Positions 14,387 to 28,735 of a DNA stretch of 64,000 nucleotides are shown here, piece by piece. The stretch comes from Eledone cirrhosa (taxonomy: Eukaryota), in the NCBI GenBank assembly GCA_964016885.1, contig OZ024741.1, positions 378,014,001 to 378,078,000 on the forward strand, read 5' to 3'. The stretch's first letter is position 1. Every line of letters starts with the position of its first letter. Below the pieces are notes generated by a model. That model was not told the DNA's origin and did not search any database. It saw nothing but the letters and a program-made list of their open reading frames with translations. The translations under genes were made by a program, and so were the position numbers.

Positions 14387-17300
14387 GTTTTCTTTATTAA
14401 CCACAAGGGTTCACATAAAGTAGACATTAAGGACAGTACAGGACAATACAGGACGGTACAAATGGGCATTTCTGCGTGTAAAAAAACAGAGGTTGAAATA
14501 AAATAACAAAGAAAAATTCCCCAATAGGGGGGAGGCTTCCAAGGGACATTTGTGGAGAAAGCCAATTAAAATACCACAGTGGCCCTGACCACCAGGGCAA
14601 GTGCCCTCTCCCAGTTTTCCACGTTTTTAATTTACAGACACATACTCAGAGAAGGCCCATTCATTCGGGCCATACTTGCTTCTCTCACCCATCTTTCAAC
14701 AAAATGCTGGGAAGAGAGCACTTCCCTCTCTACCCTGATTTTCCTTTTCAAATGAAATTTGAAAAAGTTAATTAGGGTATCACCGAAGAGGTAAGTGCTC
14801 GTCTTCAACCCTTTCAAACGTGTCCACCATACTATCTCTTTCGCCATGGCCACCAGACAGATAAAAACTGCCTGCCCTTCCCGGCTAAAGGAAGAGGGCG
14901 GGGCAATCCTCACGATGGACTCAGCTGATAGCTGGATCCGTCCTACACGTGACAGCAGGTGTTCGACATAAACCCACAAGTCAGCAATGCTCGGACACTG
15001 GACAAGTGCGTGCAGGACGGTTTCGTCGCCCTGCGCGCATCTCGGACATGCCCGGCTGACGGCACCTCCATGCCTGTAGAGTTTATCCCGAACTGGCAAA
15101 GCTCCTCGGTAGCACTGCCAGGCCAGGGATTTCTGGAAGTTGTCCATAGGCCCCGGCCCGAAAGTCCTACCGAAGAGATTGGCTAGTTGATTTTCGTCGA
15201 CGCCTAGAGTTTCTCCAAGTACGTCGTCGCTCTTCCCCTCCACTAATCCCCTATAGAACGCCAAGGTGGAGTTTCCACCGATCACATTGCCCGATTGGTC
15301 GAGGGCTGTGAGCGCCTGATGACATTCCAGTCTCCAAGCGCTCCCTCTCGGTCTTCGCTTGACCCAGGACTGCAGCTCCGTCAAGGAGACGAGCTGGGGA
15401 AAAACGTGTCTTGCAAACGGCGACCACACCTGATCACCGTCGAGGAAGAGGTGGAGATGTCGTAGTCTGAGCGCGTGTCTGCGCATCATCAGCCACGGCA
15501 TGCCCAGCCCTCCACGTAGCGGGTGTTGACAGCAGATGGACCGCCTGACCATCGGAGCGCGAACCTTCCACAAGAAGCGAAAGAGCAAACGCTCCAGCGC
15601 AGTCAGGCGGGGCTTAGGACAAGGTACGACGGTCAGGCGGTAGTAGATGACGGATGCGATGTACGCATTCGCCACCTCCGCTCGACCTTTCAGGGATAGC
15701 TTCCTGTCGGCCCATTTCTGGGTGAGAGAAGCCAACCTGCTCGTCACCTCGTCCCAGTTTTTGTCCGTCTGGAGGTCTGGACCGAACCAGACCCCTAGCA
15801 ATTTAACCGGTCCGTCCGTCCAGCGCCCGACGACGCTGTTGGACGGCATGGACCTGCCTCTCCAGGTGCCGAGCTGCAGGACCACTGACTTTTCCTGGTT
15901 GATCATTGCTCCTGTCGCCGCTTCGTATTCTCTTAGTGTAGTGCCGATCGCCTCGATGTGTTTGGCGTTTGACACCACTACGGTGACATCGTCGGCATAT
16001 GCTGACACGGATCTTCCGCATCCTAGTTCGCGCGGGACCCCCCTCAACGTCTCCAGTTTGTGCAGTAATGGCTCGAGAGTCAATACGTACAAGAGGGACG
16101 AGAGGGCACATCATTGGCGGACCGAGCGCATGATGTTGAACGGTTCCGAAAGGTGACCGTTCACTCTCACTACAGAGCAGATGTCGCTGTGCATGGCACC
16201 GATCCAGCCTCTGAAGACGGGCCCAAAGCCAGCCGCCCTCAGGAGTGCCGCTAGGTAACGATGGTCGACCCTATCGAAGGCTTTCGACTGATCTAAATTG
16301 ATCAAAGAACCACCCGTGCCAGGTTCCCTAGCTACCCTCTCTACGATGTATCGCATGAGGTGGTGGTTGTCGTGGATGGATCTGTCGGGAATGGCGCATG
16401 TCTGTGCCTCTCCCACCAGACCATCAACGACAAGCGCCAACCTCTTTGCTAGCACCTTGGCCAAAATCTTGAACTCTGTGTTTACCAGAGTTATGGGCCT
16501 AAAATTATCTAAGTCATCCCCCTTGTTCGGATCCTTTCTCAGCAGCGCCACCGCTCCTCGGCTCACAGAGCTGGGAATTCTCCCGTTCTGTTGCCAGTTG
16601 CAGTAGACGTCCGCCAAGAGGCATCCGAACAAGTTTGGCATTTGTACGTAAAGTTCATAGGGCAGACCATCTAAACCAGGCGATTTACCCCTTGTGCAAC
16701 TAGTCATTGCATCCCGGACTTCAGCGGCTTTTATCGGCTTTTTCACAACACTCCGCCTCAGTGGACGAAAGCCGCGGCAGTCCGTCGAGGTAGACACTAA
16801 AGTCCATCCCTCGATCCGGCCCGCCACTGCCCCCGAACAGTTGAGCGAAGTGTCGCTGAAAAGCTTCACACATTTGCCCGGGATCGAGTAGCATGCGCCC
16901 GTCGTGCTCCACCAAAGACCGGATCGTGGCTTTGTTGCCACGACGCGCCTCCGCCACTCGGGCCCATTGAACGGCTTTCATCCCCTCGTGTCTGAGAGCA
17001 GGCACCCTAGCTCTGACAACGCAGCCTTCGTGCTTTGCATTGAAGAATTGGTCAAGGGCCAATTTCGCCGCAAGTACGTCGGTCGCGATGCCTTTGCTAA
17101 ACGCCTCATCTAATTTTCTAACTAGTTCTCCCTCTGCTCTATTTTTCTCTATTGCTAAAGTCTTACTAAACCTAATGGACACTATTCTAATTGCTCTTTT
17201 CAGAGCAAACCATCACTTGTTGTAGACGATGGCCCCCGTCAAGGCCCGCTTAATTAGTTCGCTAATCCGGTCTCTGTAGGCCTTGCGCGCTGGTAAGGAC

Positions 17301-20271
17301 GCGTTTAGCTTAAAGTAGCCGTTCCTCGCCTATGAAGCTTATCTAAGTCAAGCACACAGATCACGAATTTGCGGTCCGTGTAGCTGAAAATCTTGAATTG
17401 TGGACAGCCTATGCTAGACCTATCTATTTCCCTACAAAATACTATATCTAGATATGATCTGGATGACCCTATGCGATTTGTCCAAGTCCACATTGGTACA
17501 TTCGGGAAATCCATTCGGTACCTGTCAGACAGTTCAAAACGTCTGAGCAGGTTGGTGAGACTCTTGCACCCTCCTTCCCTATCCACTAATCTCACACAAT
17601 CCCAGCTTGCATCTAAGATCCCGTTCCAGTCGCCCACTAACACTAAACAGCGGGACGTTCAAAGAAATTTCTCCAGACGCCGGAAGAAATCAGGCCGCCC
17701 TACTCCTGTCGGGGCATAGACGGCCACTAACCTGAAAGCTTGCCCGTCTCCGCTGGTCACGTCCAGCACCACCAACTTACCTTCTGGGTCCAGGAAGATG
17801 GCCCGTATGGCAAGATCCAAACCTCTACGAAAAAGCACAGCAACTCCTCCCCCGATCCCGGACGGCTGGGAGATGCATACACATCGTAGCCGCCGAAGAT
17901 CGGTGCTAAGGCCTGGGCTTCGGAGATTCTGGTCTCGCTGATGGCCACTACATCTATGTTTAGTGACCTGAGGTCGTTGAGCAGGTGTTCCTGCTTCCAT
18001 GACGACCCCAAGCCACGCGCATTTATGCTGCCTATTCTGATTGAGGTCATGTTGAAAAAGAGTGGAAAAGAAGGGTAAGACAACTTATCTTATTTCTCGT
18101 AGGGGAAGGACGGTTTTTCCATCCTGTTCACTGCTTGTGGCCTCCTCAGGAAGGATGTCCTTATAAATCCTCCTGGAGAGTGCTTGTCGGAAGTCTCCGA
18201 TGTCTTTGGGGAATTTTTGTTTTAGTGTCATGTACGTTTTCTGTGTGATGCGAGTGATTTGTATGTGTGGAGGTGGTGTGAATTTTGGGGTTGTTGTGTA
18301 GTCTTTTTCTGTGATGCTGGTGTTGTGTTGGATGTAGTGTAATAATTGCTTGTTGTTCAAATTTAATGCTGTGTAGTGTGTATCGTTTTGGTTGTTTTGT
18401 TTTGTTTACGTTTGTTGTGGGTTTGTTTCTGTTTCGCATTTTGGTGACTTTTGTGGTGTAGGTGATGGTGGTGTTGGAGTTAATGATGGTGATGGTGTTG
18501 GTGTTTGGGTTGATGGGGTTGGTGATGCTGGTGTGGATGGTGGCATATATGTACTAACTTTTTTGTTTCTTAGTGTATTTGTTTCCCTCTGTATTTTGTT
18601 TTTGGAGGGGGAAGGAAGAGAATTTTTTCTTTTTTGGTTTCTTTTTTTTTTTCCGGATATCTTTTCCCACAGTCGTCACAATCTGTCTCCAGTTGAGATA
18701 GGCCGGGGAGTGGAAAATCCTCCACAGGGGTTAGTTTTGGTTGTGGCGTGGTGGATAGTGTAGGCGCTGGTGCTAGTCCTGAAGCGTTGGGTGGTGGTGG
18801 TGGTGGTGGTGGTTTTGGTTTTGCTACTGTTGCTGGGCTTGTTGCTGTTATAGTTGTTTCTGTTGTTGCTGCTACAGTTGTTGCTGCCATCTCTGCTACT
18901 GGTGGTGTTGATGGTTGTGTCACTGGGGTGGGTAGGAGAGGTGGCCTCAACCTTTTAGCCTGAGGGCAGAAAGCCCTTAGGTGGGTTCCTTCACCACAAA
19001 CGACACACCTAGGTCTTCTGCCCTCGACAATTACCGTGAGGTGGCTGCCGTCAGTGAGGTCTATTACCTCTGGGATCTCCTCAATGCTTTTTTGGTCCGC
19101 TTGGATAAGGAGATCCATCCCAGATCCGGACCAGTTCTCCTGCTTTTCTTTTGCTATTTCTATTATTTTTGTGTTGGCTTCGATGCCGGCGAGGACGGCT
19201 GCTATTAGCCAGGGAATTTCGATGGCCGGTGGAACGTGGGTCACCCTGATCTTTACAAGTCTCTGGCCACAATAGCTTGGGACGATTGTGAAGTCGTCAC
19301 TTCTTAATGGAGCCATGGAGTGTTCTCTAGTCTCCTCTGGTGTTTCAAAGAACACGTCCACGGTTCCATACTTTTGCCCACGTCTGATGTGGGTTTTTCT
19401 TGCCCACACATGTCCCAAAGCTTTTTGGATTTGGGACTCGGATGCCCGTTCCACTCGGTGCAATTTTACATTTATTGTTCTATACGACACGGTGCATAGG
19501 CGCCGATGCTCCATTTTATTAGGTGCGGGGTGAGGCTGACCCTGTACCCATCTTTCTTTACCATTTGTTTGGCATTTTCTAAATCCTTCTGAGTTACCGT
19601 AAATTCTTCGAACTGTTTTGCTACTATGGCGAAACTGAGGGTCGGTTTTATAATGTCATTGTTGTTGTTGTTGCTATCGTTATTTGTGTTAATATTAATT
19701 TTAGTTTCAGTTGTGGTGGTGGTGACGTCAGTCGTCTTTGGTGGGGAAGAGTCCATTTTGCTTGATTTCATTTCGACAACACGAGTTAATTTATTTTTTT
19801 CTTCTTTTGTTTCTGTTGTCGCGTTGGTGGTGGTGGTGGTGGTGGTTGTCGCGGTGGTGGTGGTGTTGGTGGAGGCTTTAACACCTGCAGTCATTGGTAA
19901 TGGCGGGAAATGAATGTCTGCCTGAGACAAATTTAAAATATTGCTAGTGCTTATATTTATGTTGTGTTGGCAAACGTAGTAACATTTACAATGGTGATGT
20001 CGGTGTGAGGTGTTAATTTGTGAGGAAGGCTTTCAGCTGCTTCGTGCAGAGTTGAATTAGCCATTTTTTACAAAGAAATTTTTTGATAATAATAAATGTT
20101 TAAATTTTGGGCACAAGGCCCCAATCTTTTTGGGTGTCCTTTTCGGAAAACAATGTATGTGCGCTTATAAACAGTTAACAATAACATTTTCCATAAATGA
20201 CAATTTTTAACAAACGGAAATAACAAACCTTTGCGGAACTCACGATGATACGATTTACTACCTAGGTAGCC
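14387..20271 (-). mobile_element. Tx1/L1-clade non-LTR retrotransposon, family C copy 1 (full length, frameshifted)
   Basis: ORF1 pieces include the knuckle CVVCGEGTHLRAFC. ORF2 pieces include APE (SINARGL, SET, VAVYAP, GDWN), RT (KSPGLDG, FRPITL, LDQSKAFDRV, AYADD) and C-terminal CPRC...HALVQC. It is flanked by TTA repeats at both ends. Confidence 0.9.
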
Positions 20272-20284
20272 AATAATAATAATC

Positions 20285-20331
<47 letters not shown>
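20272..20331. repeat. (TAA)n tract between the family C head and family A copy 2
   Basis: Read directly from the sequence. Confidence 0.95.
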
Positions 20332-20332
<1 letters not shown>

Positions 20333-20333
<1 letters not shown>

Positions 20334-23300
20334 CGAATGGATGAAAATGAAATAATCAGACATGGGGGGACGAGACACCCTCCCTGAGATCCAGAACTCC
20401 AAACAGAACCAAAAGATAATACACAAGACTAACATAATTCTCAAAAACATTACTGATTTAAATCATCTCTATTATGCATCGGCTAAAGTCACCACTCACT
20501 TATGTGGAGTGAAGATGAAAAAACAAAGGAATTCCCAAAAGATATCTACTTGGAAAGAGAACATCAATCGCCAAATAAACCTTCTCCGACTTGACATAGA
20601 AATTTTTAAAGACTATAAAGTAGGTGAACATGTTAAACGAACTAAACTTAGAAAATTGAAATGAAAGTACAGTATAAAACCAACAAGTGACATAGGCATG
20701 CTGATAGAAATAATGAAGCAAAAATTGTCGGCCAAAGCTGCTCGTATAAGGCGCTTTGAAAAACGTCTAGATTCTATAAGGACAATAATATTTTCAAAAC
20801 CAAACAAAGAAAATTCTACAGAAAAATTGGTAAGTCAACAATAACTGCTAAATCAATACCACCCAAGGAGGAAGTGCAAGAATTCTGGGAAAAGATCTGG
20901 GCCGAAGAAAAAGTTCATAACATACATGCCCCATGGATAGACAGACAAATGAAACATACAGCTCACCTTGAGGAACAAACATGGGAAAATATAACAGTTG
21001 AACAGTTGCCCTTGGCTCTAAGAAAAACCAGCAAATAGAAATCCCCAGGATAAGACAAAATAAAATTTTTTGGATAAATGCCTTCACAGAGTCTCATGAG
21101 CTGTTAGCCCAACTTTACAATGAAATAGTTAAGGAGCCAGAAAAGATACCATCATGGCTAGTTAACGGCATTACATTCCTGCTTCCGAAGAATGATGAGA
21201 CAAACAATCCCAAAAATTACAGACTGATAACTTGCTTGACTACAATGTATAAACTTTTAACATCAGTCCTAACTGATTATATACATATGTCCACCTGATA
21301 ACAAATCACCTATTTCTATTGAGCAGAAAGGGTGTAAACGAGGCTCATATGGCTGTAAGGATCAGCTTTTGGTTAACAAAATGATACTGGAAGATTGTTA
21401 TAATAGACACAAAAATCTATCAATTGCTTGGATAGATTATAAAAAAGCATTCGATAGTTTGCCACACGGTTGGATTGAAAAATGTTTAGAGGTTTTAAAA
21501 ATATCCCCCGTGGTCAGGAGGTTTTTGTCATTCAGTATGAAGACATGGAGAACGACACTCCTTTTGAATAGTGAAACAAAATCACTGGAAGCTGGAGAAG
21601 TTAACATTAATTGTGGAATTTTTCAGGGTGACTCTTTATCACCGCTTTTATTCTGCATCGCACTTATACCATGGATATAAAGTCTATGACAAAACCATTA
21701 ATCACTTGTTCTACATGGATGACCTGAAACTATTTGCAAAAAATGATGAACAATTGCAAGGTCTATTATCCACTGTGGCGCAGTTCAGTGATGACATTAA
21801 AATGGAGTTTGGACTAGATAAATGCGCCAAAGCGACGTTCACCAGAGGAAAGCTGCTGATAAGTTCAGACATTAATCTTGATCGAGGGAGTGTGATAAGA
21901 GAACTTGAACAAGAGGAAACATACAAATATCTAGGTGGTTGTGAAGGAGACGGAATCAGGCACTCGACAATGAGGAAAATATAAGGAAGGAATGTTACCG
22001 CAGAGTAAGAGCAATCTTAAGAACGGAATTGAATGCAACGAATAGAATCGATGCCATAAACACGCTTGTCATACCTAGTAGTAACCTACAGTTACAATGT
22101 CATCAACTGGTCAAGCACAGAGATCCGTAGGCTCGATACAAAAATTTGAAAATTCTTAACCATGCCCAGAATGCATCACCCTAAGGCAGATACAGATAGA
22201 ATATATCTCCCTAGGAAAGAAGGAGCACGTGGTTTAATCCAGTTAGACATTGCGTTGAAAACTGCAACAATTGGATTATCTACATATCTAAGGGAATCAC
22301 ATGATTGGATGATCAAACTCGTTTTGAAACACGAAAGCATCTAAAGATCATACTCTATTACAAATGATGCACAAAGATACAGTAATGGACTACACATTTC
22401 ACAATTCCCATTTACTGCTGAAATGGAAAACACAGAAAAAGCAAAGCAGGTAAGAGTAACTGCAAATAAAGAACTGCTACAGGAACTGGCTAAGAAATGG
22501 CAAGAAAAGCCTATGTATGGAAAATACCCAGAGCGAGCTAACAATCCTGATGTTGACAAAACGTTAACCCATCAGTGGTTGGCATCCTCTGGACTGAAAT
22601 CGGAGACTGAAGGACTGATTATATCAGCACAAGATCAGTGTCTGCCAACAAAAAATTACCAAGCCAACATAATAAAAATGGATGCAGCCCATTATGCCGG
22701 TTATGTAAAAAACAACCAGAGACCATTGACCATATAATTTCAATGTGCAGTCCTATAGCTCCAACCGATTACCTAAATAGGCATGACAGAGCTGCACAAT
22801 ACATACATTGGATAATGTGTAAGCATTTTGACCTGCCCCATCAAAAGAATTGGTAGGAGCATCAACCACCTCCCATACTTGAAAAAGAAAATGATCACAT
22901 CTTGTGGAACTTTAGCATCCAAACAGACCGAAAAATAGATGCAAATAGACCTGATATAATATTGAAGGAACTTAATAAGAGGGTATGCCTGCTAATTGAT
23001 ATGTCCGTTCCAATAGACAAGAATGTATCTATAAAAACATTTGAAAAATTGAGCAAGTATAAGGACCTGGAGATAGAAATTGGAAAAATGTGGAAATTGA
23101 GAACTAAAACAATACCAGTGGTTGTAGGCGCTCTGGGAATTATACCTAAGGGGGCTAATGATTACTTATCGCAAATCCCAGGAAACCCGCGTATAGGAGA
23201 AATACAAAAGATAGTACTAATGGGAACTGCCCATATACTAAGGAAGATTCTGTCAATATAAGTACATCACAAGTCTAAACACTAAAGATGCATGTGTGAG

Positions 23301-23370
23301 TATGTATGTTCTTTCTTGAACATGGCGGACCTTGTTGTCTCTTGAATATAAAGCAAGATAAATGCTGCTG
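20333..23370 (+). mobile_element. R4/Dong family A copy 2 (5'-truncated, heavily degenerate)
   Basis: Collinear with copy 1, with many stops and frameshifts, a 29-bp deletion at about 21672 and a shortened 3' UTR. It ends in (TAA)n at 23371-23428. Confidence 0.9.
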
Positions 23371-23428
<58 letters not shown>

Positions 23429-23430
<2 letters not shown>

Positions 23431-25434
23431 CCGAAACTGACAACCATGTTCAATGACTGCTTGATGTCAGGTGAGGTACCAGACTGGTTGACAAAATGTA
23501 CCACAGTTCTGATAATGAAAGACCGAATCAAGGGTAATGATGTTACCAATTATAGACCTATCACATGTCTGTCCGTAATGTGGACACTGTTGACAAACAT
23601 TATGTCTGAGGAAATCTACCATCACCTCCACACAAACAACTTGTTAACGGACGAACAGATAGGATGCCGAAAGAAGTCACGTGGCACAAAGGACCAGTTA
23701 CTTATTGATAAGATGGTAATGAGGAATTGCAAGAGGAGACACACTGGTCTTGCCATGGGATGGATAGACTACAAAAAGGCATTTAACATGGTTCCTCATT
23801 CTTGGATCACTAAAAGCCTTGAGATCTTCAAGGTGGCAGATAACATCAGACAGTTGTTGGGCAAAAGTATGAAGTCCTGGGAAACAGAGTTAACATCAAC
23901 TGGAGAATCCTTGGGAAGCGTGAAGATCAAAAGAGGTATATTCCAAGGAGATAGTCTGTCCCCATTGTTGTTTGTCCTTGCCCTGATGGCCCTGACCAGT
24001 GTACTGCGAAATGTGAGAGCAGGATACAGGTTGGAAAAGGGAAGGGTTACCATCAATCACCTCCACTTCATGAACGATCTTAAGCTCTTCGGGAAGAGTG
24101 AGAAGGAGTTGGATGTGCTTGTTGACACTGTCCGTATTTTCAGCAATGATATATGTATGCAATTTGGTATTAGTAAGTGTGGAGTCCTTGTGATGAAGAG
24201 GGGTAAATTGAGCAGTAGTAACGGAATCTAGGTAGCAACAGGTGAGATGATGAAGCAAATTGACTCTGAAGAAGGATACAAGTATTTGGGTGTTCTGGAG
24301 GCTGATGACATCAAGAACAAAAAAATGAAGGAATTGATAAGAACTGAATACATTCGGAGAGTAAGGAGCGTATTAAAGTAACATCTGAACAGTAGGAATG
24401 TCATAAGTGCAGTAAATTCCCGAGCTGTGTCTATTATTAGGTACAGTGCGGTAATTCTGAGATGGAATGTTGCTGAACAAAAAGAAATGGATAGGAAGAC
24501 TAGGAAGCTATTCACTATCTACAACATGTTCCACAAGAGGAGTGATGTAGATAGACTCTACTTAAGGAGATCTGAAGGTGGAAGAGGTCTTATCAGCATA
24601 GAGGACTGTGTTCAGATGGAGAAAAACAACCTCCACAAATACGTGACTGATAGTAAGGAGCCAATGCTCAGAACTGTACTGAAGGTGGGGACAATAGACC
24701 AGGGGATGTCCAAGGAGGAAATAACTGTTTCTACTTTAGGCACAAGGCCAGCAATTACCCAGTGCGTTACTGGTACTTTATTTCATCGACCCCATAAGGA
24801 TGAAAGGCAAAGTCAACCTCGGCGGGATTTGAACTCAGATCGTAAAGGGACGTAACTATGCTGGAAAGCATGGCGTCCAACCCTCTACCGATACTGCCAA
24901 TCCACCGTCCAAGGAGGAAATAACATCAAGGAGAAAGAGCAGCCTTCAGGAACAATCCCTTCATAGTACCTTCTTTGAGAAAACTGAATTTAGAGATCGA
25001 CAGACATGGAACTGGTTGAAAAGAGGAGACCTTTAAAATGCTACAGAAGGAATGTTAATGGCTGCGCAGGAGAAGGCCCTCAAAACGAAGTGGTTGAAAC
25101 ACCATATTTACAAGGAGGAAGCTAGCCCACTGTGCAGGATCTGTGGAGAGAGAGGAGACTGTGGCTCACATTGTATCCGAGTGTAAACACCTAGCCCAGA
25201 CTCACTATAAGAGCTGGAGACATGATGTGATGGGCAGGGTGATCCACTGGCACCTGTGCAAAGTAAACAATCTACCACATTCTGAGAAATGGTATGAGCA
25301 TAGGCCAGAGGCGGTGATGGAGAACAATCAGGTGAAGGTGCTGTGGGATTTTAGGATACAGACGGACAAAAAACTGGAACACAATAGACCTGACCTGGTG
25401 GTTGTGGACAAAGAAAAAAGATCGTGCCTGATTG
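23429..25434 (+). mobile_element. R4/Dong family B copy 1 (5'-truncated, 3' end lost, SINE inserted)
   Basis: RT motifs [26 protein letters not shown] and REL region RHD, HNRPDLVV. Collinear with about 28880-30690. It starts directly after a TAA tract. Confidence 0.88.
24726..24906 (-). mobile_element. tRNA-derived SINE with an 18-bp target-site duplication
   Basis: TSD GTCCAAGGAGGAAATAAC at 24708-24725 and 24907-24924. The minus strand has A box TGGCAGTATCGG, B box GAGTTCAAATCC and a central GCCTTTCATCCTT..GGGTCGAT.AAAT.AGTACCAG block resembling the Meta-SINE-type domain of cephalopod SINEs. Confidence 0.88.
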
Positions 25435-27421
25435 GGGGTGGACGACCCTGGGGTGATTCGAGTACCCCACCAATCCTGAACCACCCTGCGCTTCTAGGGC
25501 ACCCAGGGAGAGCACCCCTCTCCTCAAGTTAGCCAGCCTAGAGACGCATGGTCAGAGTAGGACCATTCACACGAGCCATTCTCGCCACATTCACCCACCT
25601 TTTAACAAATGTACTGGGGGGGGGGGACAGCACTTCTCTCTCCACCCTCACCCTACTTTCCAGGTGAAACTTGAAGAAGTTGATGAGGGATTGGCCGAAG
25701 AGAAAGTGTCTGTCTTTAGTCCTTTCAACCTGATCCACCATATAATCTCTTTCGCAACTGCCACCAGACAGGAAAATGTCCTGCTCTTCCTGACCTAAGG
25801 AAAGTGGCGGCTCGATCTTCACTATGGACTCGGCCGATAGCCGGATTCGTTCCACACGCGACAGTAGCTGTTCGATATAACTCCACAAGTCAGTAATGCA
25901 CGGACATTGGTCAAGTGCGTGCAGAACGGTTTCGTATTTCTGTGCGCATCTTGGGCAGGTCCGTCTGACAGCACTTCCGTGCCTGTAGATTTTATCCCGA
26001 ACCGGCAGTGCCCCCCGGTAGCACTGCCAGGCGAGTGATTTCTGGAAATTGTCCATCGTCCCCGGCTCAAAAGTCCTCCGGTACAGACTAGTCAGTTCGA
26101 CTTCGTCGAGGCCCAAAGCTTCTCCGAGTGCCTCATCGCACTTGCCCACCACTAATCCTCTATAGAACTCGAGAGTGGAAGTTCCACTGATCGCATTGCC
26201 CGCTTGGTAGAGGGCAGTGAGTGCCTGGCAACATTCCAGGTGCCAGTCACCCAGTCTCGGTCTCTTCTTGACCCAGGACTGCAGGTCAGTCAAAGAAATG
26301 AGCTGCGGAAAGGCGCGTCTGATAAACGGCGACCACACCTGTTCACCATTGAGGCAGAATATCCGGAAATGTCGCAGCCTCAACGCATGTCTGCGCATCA
26401 TTAGCCACGGCATGCCCAGCCCTCCGCGTAGAGGGTGCTGGCAGCAGATGGACCGCCTCACCAACGGAACTTGTCCCTCCACAAGAATTTGAAGAGGAGC
26501 CGTTCCAACTTGACGAGGCGCGGAGGGGGGCAAGTAACGACGGTTAGGCGGTAGTAAATGACGGACGCGATGTACGCATTCCCCACCTCCGCGCGACCTT
26601 TCAGTGATAGCTTCCTCCCAGCCCATTTTTGGGTGAGACTGGCTACTCTGCTCGTTACCTCGTCCCAATTCTTTTCCACCTGGAGGTCTGGTCCGAACCG
26701 AACCCCGAGCAACTTTACCGGTCCGTCCGTCCAGCGCCCCACGAGGGTGTTGGACGGCATGGGCTTGCCTCTCCAGGTTCCGAGCTACAAGCCCACCGAC
26801 TTTTCCGGGTTAAGTTTGGCTCCTGTCAACCTTTCATATTCCTTCAGTAAGATGCTGACCACCTCGATTTCTGAGGTGTTCGACACCATCACGGTGATGT
26901 CAGCCGCATAAGCCGACACCGCCTTTCCACGTCCCGGTTCGAGCGGGATGCTCTGTAACAGCTCCAGCTTCCGCAGTAAAGTCTCGAGAGTCAATACGTA
27001 CAGAAGGGAAGAGAGAGGGCACCCTTGACGGACCGATCGAGAGAGCCGAAATGGTTCCGAGAGGTGGCCATTAACCTTGACCACCGAGCGTGTGCCGCTG
27101 TGCATTGCAACGATCCAGCTTCTAAAGACAGGGCCTAAGCCAGCTGCTTTGAGGACAAACTCCAGATACCGATGGTCGACCCTATCGAATGCTTTCGATT
27201 GATCTAAATTGATCAGTGCCCCACCGAAGCCAGGTTTACACCCAACCCTCTCTATGATGTATCGCATGAGGTGGAGATTGTCGTTTATGGACCTGGCTGG
27301 GATTGCGGAATTTTGCGCCTCCCCAACCAAATCCTCGACGACAAGCGCCAATCTCTTTGCTAACACCTTGGCCAAAATCTTAAACTCTGTGTTGGGCAGA
27401 GTTATGGGCCTGAAGTTGTCT
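25434..27421 (-). mobile_element. Tx1/L1-clade fragment, family D (related to but diverged from C): RT C-half, knuckle and partial 3' UTR
   Basis: ORF pieces 26785-27375 (LDQSKAFDRV, SVRQGCPLS), 26458-26760 and 25538-26668 (CPRC..HALDQC). The 3' UTR differs from family C and there is no TTA tail. Confidence 0.88.
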
Positions 27422-28673
27422 AATTGATAAGAACTGAATACATTCGGAGAATAAGGAGCGTATTAAAGTTACCTCTGAACATTAAGAATGCCATAAGTGC
27501 AGTAAATTCCCGAGCTGTGCCTATTATTAGGTACAGTGCGGGGATCCTGAGATGGACTGTTGCTGAACAAAAATAAATGGATAGCAAGACTAGGAGGCTA
27601 TTGACTATCTACAACATGTTCCACAAGAGGAGGGATGTAGATAGACTCTACTTAAGGAGATCTGAAGGTGGAAGAGGTCTTATCAGCATAGAGGACTGTG
27701 TTCAGATGGAGATAAACAACCTACACAAATACGTGACTGATAGTAAGGAGCCAATGCTCAGAATTGTACTGAAGGAGGGGACAATAGGCCAGGGGATGTC
27801 CAAGGAGGAAATAACCTCAAGGAGAAAGAGCAGCCTTCAGGAACAATCCATTCATAGTACCTTCTTTGAGAAAACTGAATTTAGAGATCGACAGACATGG
27901 AACTGGTTGAAAAGAGGAGACCTTAAAAAGGCTACAGAGGGAATGCTAATGGCTGCGCAAGAGCAGGCCCTCGAAACGAAGTGGTTGAAACACCATATTA
28001 ACAAGGAGGAGGCTAGCCCACTGTGGAGAATCTGTTGAGAGAGAGAGGAGACTGTGGCTCACATTGTATCCGAGTGTAAACACCTAGCCCAGTCTCACAA
28101 TAGGGGCTGGAAACATGATGTGATGGGCAGGGTGATCCACTGGCAACTATGCAAGGTAAATAATTTACCACATTCTGAGAAGTGGTATGATTATAAGCCA
28201 GAGTCGGTGATAGAAAACGATCAGGTGAAGGTGCTGTGGGATTTTAGAATTCAGACGGACAAGAAACTGGAACACAATAGACCTGACCTGGTGGTTTTGG
28301 ACAAGGAAAAAGGATCGTGCCTGATTGTGGATGTGGCCTGCCCATTCGACACGAGAATGCAAGAGAAGGAGAGGGTGAAAATTAACAGATACCAAGACTT
28401 AAAGTGGGAGGTAAAAAGGATTTGGAACTGCCATGAAGTCAAAGTGGTCCCGATTGTCATAGGCGCACTAGGTACTATCTCAAAAAGTTTCCAGGGATGG
28501 TTAAAGAAAATTGGCCCTGCCACGCTTTTTGGAACGCTTCAAAAGGCATGCTTACAGGGAAGAGCAAGAACACTCCAATACGTCCTGAATATCTGAGGCT
28601 GCAGGTAGTGGCTTGATATTCATTTACACAAACTTTCCAGTTAACTAACATCCATGACTGAGACTCAAAGTAC
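27422..28673 (+). mobile_element. R4/Dong family B copy 2 (3' part)
   Basis: ORFs 27577-28038 and 28054-28596 (RPD..DVACP..KINRYQDL), a short 3' UTR, then (TAA)n at 28674-28735. Confidence 0.88.

Positions 28674-28735
<62 letters not shown>

Noticed and set aside
28654-28735. Poly-Ile N-terminus on the 768-aa ORF, and similar poly-L/Y/N/I ORFs at other junctions
   Set aside because: In-frame read-through of (TAA)n tracts, not a signal peptide or fusion gene.
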